DNA of 49,918 nucleotides, taken from assembly GCA_032117075.1 (NCBI GenBank), contig JAUMAA010000003.1, positions 107,574 to 157,491 of the forward strand. Direction: 5' to 3'. Each line of letters begins with the position of its first letter. Position 1 is the first letter of the stretch. This DNA comes from Patescibacteria group bacterium (GTDB taxonomy: Bacteria > Patescibacteriota > WWE3 > UBA101185 > UBA10185). The position numbers and the translations under genes were made by a program. Below are positions 47,230-49,918 of the stretch, piece by piece. Under the pieces are notes generated by a model. That model did no database searches. It saw only the letters and a program-made list of their open reading frames with translations, and was not told the origin of the DNA.

Positions 47230-47463
47230 TTAAGCTAATTTGAAATTTGGATTTACTTTAACTTTGGAATCTTTTTTAAATCTCTTTAAACAAGAAGCAC
47301 ATAATTTTACAGAAACAACGGTACCTTCTATTTCAAATCTTCTTGATCTTAGATTTGGAAGTTGTCTTCTAATACTTCTTCCTGAAACTCTATTACCAAT
47401 TAATCTTTGTACTTTGTTTCCTTTTTTATAACTTTTAGCGCAAATTTCGCATATCATTGACAT
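47230..47463 (-). CDS. rpmB: 50S ribosomal protein L28
   Basis: CEICAK, GN.VS, RRQLPNL and CASCLK. Confidence 0.92.
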   Translation of the reverse strand: MSMICEICAKSYKKGNKVQRLIGNRVSGRSIRRQLPNLRSRRFEIEGTVVSVKLCASCLKRFKKDSKVKVNPNFKLA

Positions 47464-47534
47464 GACGGTATTAAAACATTTTTCTATGTATTTTTCAAGT
47501 ATATTTGGTAAAATAAATTTTAGTTTAAATTTAG

Positions 47535-47610
47535 GCCTGGATAGCTCAATCGGTAGAGCAGCGGTTTTGTAAACCGCAGGTTAGGAGTTCGATTCTCCTT
47601 CCAGGCTCCA
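47535..47610 (+). tRNA. tRNA-Thr(TGT)
   Basis: GCCTGGA/TCCAGGC stem, GCGGT-TT-TGT-AA-ACCGC, GTTCGA, CCA end; 76 nt. Confidence 0.97.
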
Positions 47611-47621
47611 TTAAACACAGT

Positions 47622-47707
47622 GCCAAGATACCGAAGCGGCCAAACGGAACTGACTGTAAATCAGTTGGCGCAAGCCTTCGCAGGTTCGAATCCTGCTCTT
47701 GGCACCA
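47622..47707 (+). tRNA. tRNA-Tyr(GTA)
   Basis: GCCAAGA/TCTTGGC stem, ACTGA-CT-GTA-AA-TCAGT, long variable arm, CCA end. Confidence 0.97.
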
Positions 47708-47727
47708 ATTAAAACGACCTAACTTTC

Positions 47728-47803
47728 GCTCACATAGCTCAGTTGGTAGAGCATTTCCATGGTAAGGAAAAGGTCGGCGGTTCAATTCCGCCTGTGAGCT
47801 CCA
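47728..47803 (+). tRNA. tRNA-Thr(GGT)
   Basis: GCTCACA/TGTGAGC stem, TTTCC-AT-GGT-AA-GGAAA, CCA end; 76 nt. Confidence 0.96.
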
Positions 47804-47865
47804 TTTAAAATCCCAAAACTTGATTAATTATTGACTAAACTATTAAAATTTATTAATATACACAC

Positions 47866-48039
47866 ATGGCTAAAAAGACAAATAGATTATTAATCGGATT
47901 TCAATGTAACGACTGCGGAAGCTCAAATTACGTTTTATCAAAGAACAAAATAAACACTACAGAAAAACTTACTTTAAATAAGTTATGTAGAAACTGCGGA
48001 AAAGTTACTTTACATAAAGAAAAACAAAAATTAAAGTAA
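47866..48039 (+). CDS. rpmG: 50S ribosomal protein L33
   Basis: Not in the ORF track (57 aa): MAKKTNRLLIGFQCNDCGSSNYVLSKNKINTTEKLTLNKLCRNCGKVTLHKEKQKLK; TTGACT-17-TAATAT promoter upstream. Confidence 0.95.
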   Translation: MAKKTNRLLIGFQCNDCGSSNYVLSKNKINTTEKLTLNKLCRNCGKVTLHKEKQKLK

Positions 48040-48051
48040 TTTTAAACCACT

Positions 48052-48125
48052 AGGCCTATGGTGAAGTGGCATCACATCGGTCTCCAAAACCGTTGTCCCG
48101 GGTTCGATTCCTGGTGGGCCTGCCA
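48052..48125 (+). tRNA. tRNA-Trp(CCA)
   Basis: AGGCCTA/TGGGCCT stem, CGGT-CT-CCA-AA-ACCG, GGTTCGATTCC, CCA end. Confidence 0.96.
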
Positions 48126-48158
48126 TTAAATTTTCACTTTATTTGATATAATCTTTTT

Positions 48159-49918
48159 ATGATTTTCTCAGATAAAATAAAACAAACATTAATCAAAACT
48201 GCTGAAAATCATTTCCAAATAAACATAACCAACCCGAACCTAGATCTCTATAAAGGAGAAAAATTTGGTCATTACTCTACCTCTATATCATACGAAATCG
48301 CTAAAAAAGTTGGGAAAAAACCATCGGATGTAGCTGCAATCTTAATTGATGAGATAGATTCAAATAGTGAGATAGGGATATTTTTTTCAAGAATCGAAAA
48401 CATTAATGGATTTATAAATTTTTATCTAAGGGATGAATTTCTCTTTAATCTTATTAAAGAACAAGTAGAAAAAGAAAGTTTCGGTAAGGGTAACTTACTT
48501 CTTAATAAGAAAGTACTTGTCGAATATACCGATCCTAATCCCTTTAAACTATTTCATATAGGACACTTCATGACAAATGCTTTGGGAGAATCAATTTTTA
48601 GATTGATTGGAAATCAAGGTGCAACGGCAGTAAATGTTTGTTATCAAGGAGATGTAGGTATCCATATTGCCAAAACTATCTACGGACTTCTCTACTTCAT
48701 TGCAGAAAAAAACTATTCATTGGAAGACTTTTTAAATTTTAATACTGCCATAACTATTGAAGAATTAGGAAAAGCCTATGTATACGGTTCAAAAAAATAT
48801 GAGGAAGAAAATGAAAAAATCAAGATTCAAGATTTGAATAGTTTAATTTTTACAATCTCACAAGAAATACCTGAAAAAGAAGGTGTTCAGGTAGTTAATC
48901 AATACAGGAAATCAAAACATTTTGAATATGAAGATATTAAGAAAATATACTTTAAAGGAAGAAAGGATTCTTTAATTTATTTTGAGGAAATATATCAAAA
49001 ATTAGGTACAAAATTTCAAGATTACTTCTTCGAGTCTATTACAGGTGAGATAGGAACTAAAGTAGTAAAAGAATCACCGCTATTTATTGAATCAGAGGGT
49101 GCCGTAATCTGGGATGGAAAAGAATTTGGGCATAATGTACAGGTACTTATCAACAGTTATGGTATCCCAACTTACGGAGGGAAAGAAATTGGATTAAATC
49201 TTCAAAAAAAGAACAAATACTCTCCTGACCTATCAATAGTATGTACTGCAAAGGAACAAGAATTTTATTTTAAAGATTTAATCGAAATTTTCAAACAATT
49301 AGGATTTTCGCAGGAAACTATCCACCTTGCACACGGAGAATTAAGATTAAAATCTGGAAAAATGTCATCAAGAACTGGGGAAGTCGTTACCCTAGAAGGT
49401 ATAGTTAGCGAAATTAAAGAACATATAGTTGTTAACTTCTCTAGCAAGAAGAATCAAAACTTTCTAGAAAGTATCGCTGAAAAAATTGCAATATCTTCTC
49501 TTAAATACCTAATTTTAAAGAACTCAATCGGAAGTAATATTATCTACGACCCTGAAAAAATTACAGACCTAAACGGCAATACAGGGTCCTATCTTCAGTA
49601 TACCTATGCAAGATGTCAGAGTCTGCTAAAAAAGGGCGGCATATTTAATTTAAAGACCAATTATTCTATTACTGAGGTAGAGAGAGACATGTTTGTAAAC
49701 TTTTTTATGTTTCCTGAGATTACCAAAAAAGCAGCAATTGAATACTCCCCTTCTACTTTAGCAACTTACCTCTTTGAAACGGCAAAAAAATTTAATCAGT
49801 ACTACAACGAAAATAAAATTCTTGAAGAAGATACGGAAGTAAAAGATTTAAGGCTATTTATCTGCCTAATCAACTCATATATCTTAAAGATGGGTATAGA
49901 TTTATTAGGGATGGAGCC
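48159..49918 (+). CDS. argS: Arginine--tRNA ligase (3' end truncated by the window)
   Basis: Not in the ORF track: MIFSDKIK..., FGHYST, GFINF, VEYTDPNPFKLFHIGH, GDVG, KMSSRTG and GNTGSYLQYTYAR. Confidence 0.97.
   Translation, partial: MIFSDKIKQTLIKTAENHFQINITNPNLDLYKGEKFGHYSTSISYEIAKKVGKKPSDVAAILIDEIDSNSEIGIFFSRIENINGFINFYLRDEFLFNLIKEQVEKESFGKGNLLLNKKVLVEYTDPNPFKLFHIGHFMTNALGESIFRLIGNQGATAVNVCYQGDVGIHIAKTIYGLLYFIAEKNYSLEDFLNFNTAITIEELGKAYVYGSKKYEEENEKIKIQDLNSLIFTISQEIPEKEGVQVVNQYRKSKHFEYEDIKKIYFKGRKDSLIYFEEIYQKLGTKFQDYFFESITGEIGTKVVKESPLFIESEGAVIWDGKEFGHNVQVLINSYGIPTYGGKEIGLNLQKKNKYSPDLSIVCTAKEQEFYFKDLIEIFKQLGFSQETIHLAHGELRLKSGKMSSRTGEVVTLEGIVSEIKEHIVVNFSSKKNQNFLESIAEKIAISSLKYLILKNSIGSNIIYDPEKITDLNGNTGSYLQYTYARCQSLLKKGGIFNLKTNYSITEVERDMFVNFFMFPEITKKAAIEYSPSTLATYLFETAKKFNQYYNENKILEEDTEVKDLRLFICLINSYILKMGIDLLGME

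Noticed and set aside
47546-47785. 79-aa minus-strand ORF
   Set aside because: Antisense shadow of three tRNA genes.
1455-49447. Other short ORFs in the track that overlap identified genes (e.g. 1455, 2569, 8617, 13385, 18158, 37002, 49265)
   Set aside because: They are antisense or out-of-frame shadows of well-supported genes, with no motifs or initiation signals.

Overview
AT-rich chromosomal window of a small-genome bacterium. Gene content, shortened proteins, scarce Shine-Dalgarno (SD) sites and a stand-alone VirD4/DUF87-like ATPase point to CPR/Patescibacteria, probably the Microgenomates/WWE3 side (inference). It carries about 56 CDS and five tRNAs: Leu-CAA, Thr-TGT, Tyr-GTA, Thr-GGT and Trp-CCA. 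Most CDS are housekeeping: ruvC, yebC, efp, dnaB, hisS, rpmE, prfA, ctpA, rpsF-ssb-rpsR, ychF, cysS, recR, dnaX, pth, ybeY, rpsU, rseP, frr-tsf-rpsB, topA, mreB-mreC-mreD-pbp2, def-fmt, rpmB, rpmG and argS. No CRISPR array, rRNA or transposase was seen. Best leads: (1) a near-symmetric 11-6-11 dif/loxP-like site (589-616) about 280 bp upstream of a Xer-type recombinase, with gene polarity and KOPS-like octamers pointing at it; (2) an unannotated promoter-driven structured RNA (about 30231-30366, minus) with mutually exclusive P1/antiterminator/terminator pairings and a perfect 20-bp palindrome over its promoter; (3) a membrane Lgt-like domain fused to a zinc-free DksA/TraR domain with an internal SD start, followed by an LspA-like gene, a stand-alone membrane sensor-like protein and two single-domain receivers; (4) a switch-like leader on the VirD4-like gene; (5) pervasive leaderless promoter-ATG architecture; (6) several intact ORFs that have lost catalytic residues (MreB, HtrA-like, DprA).
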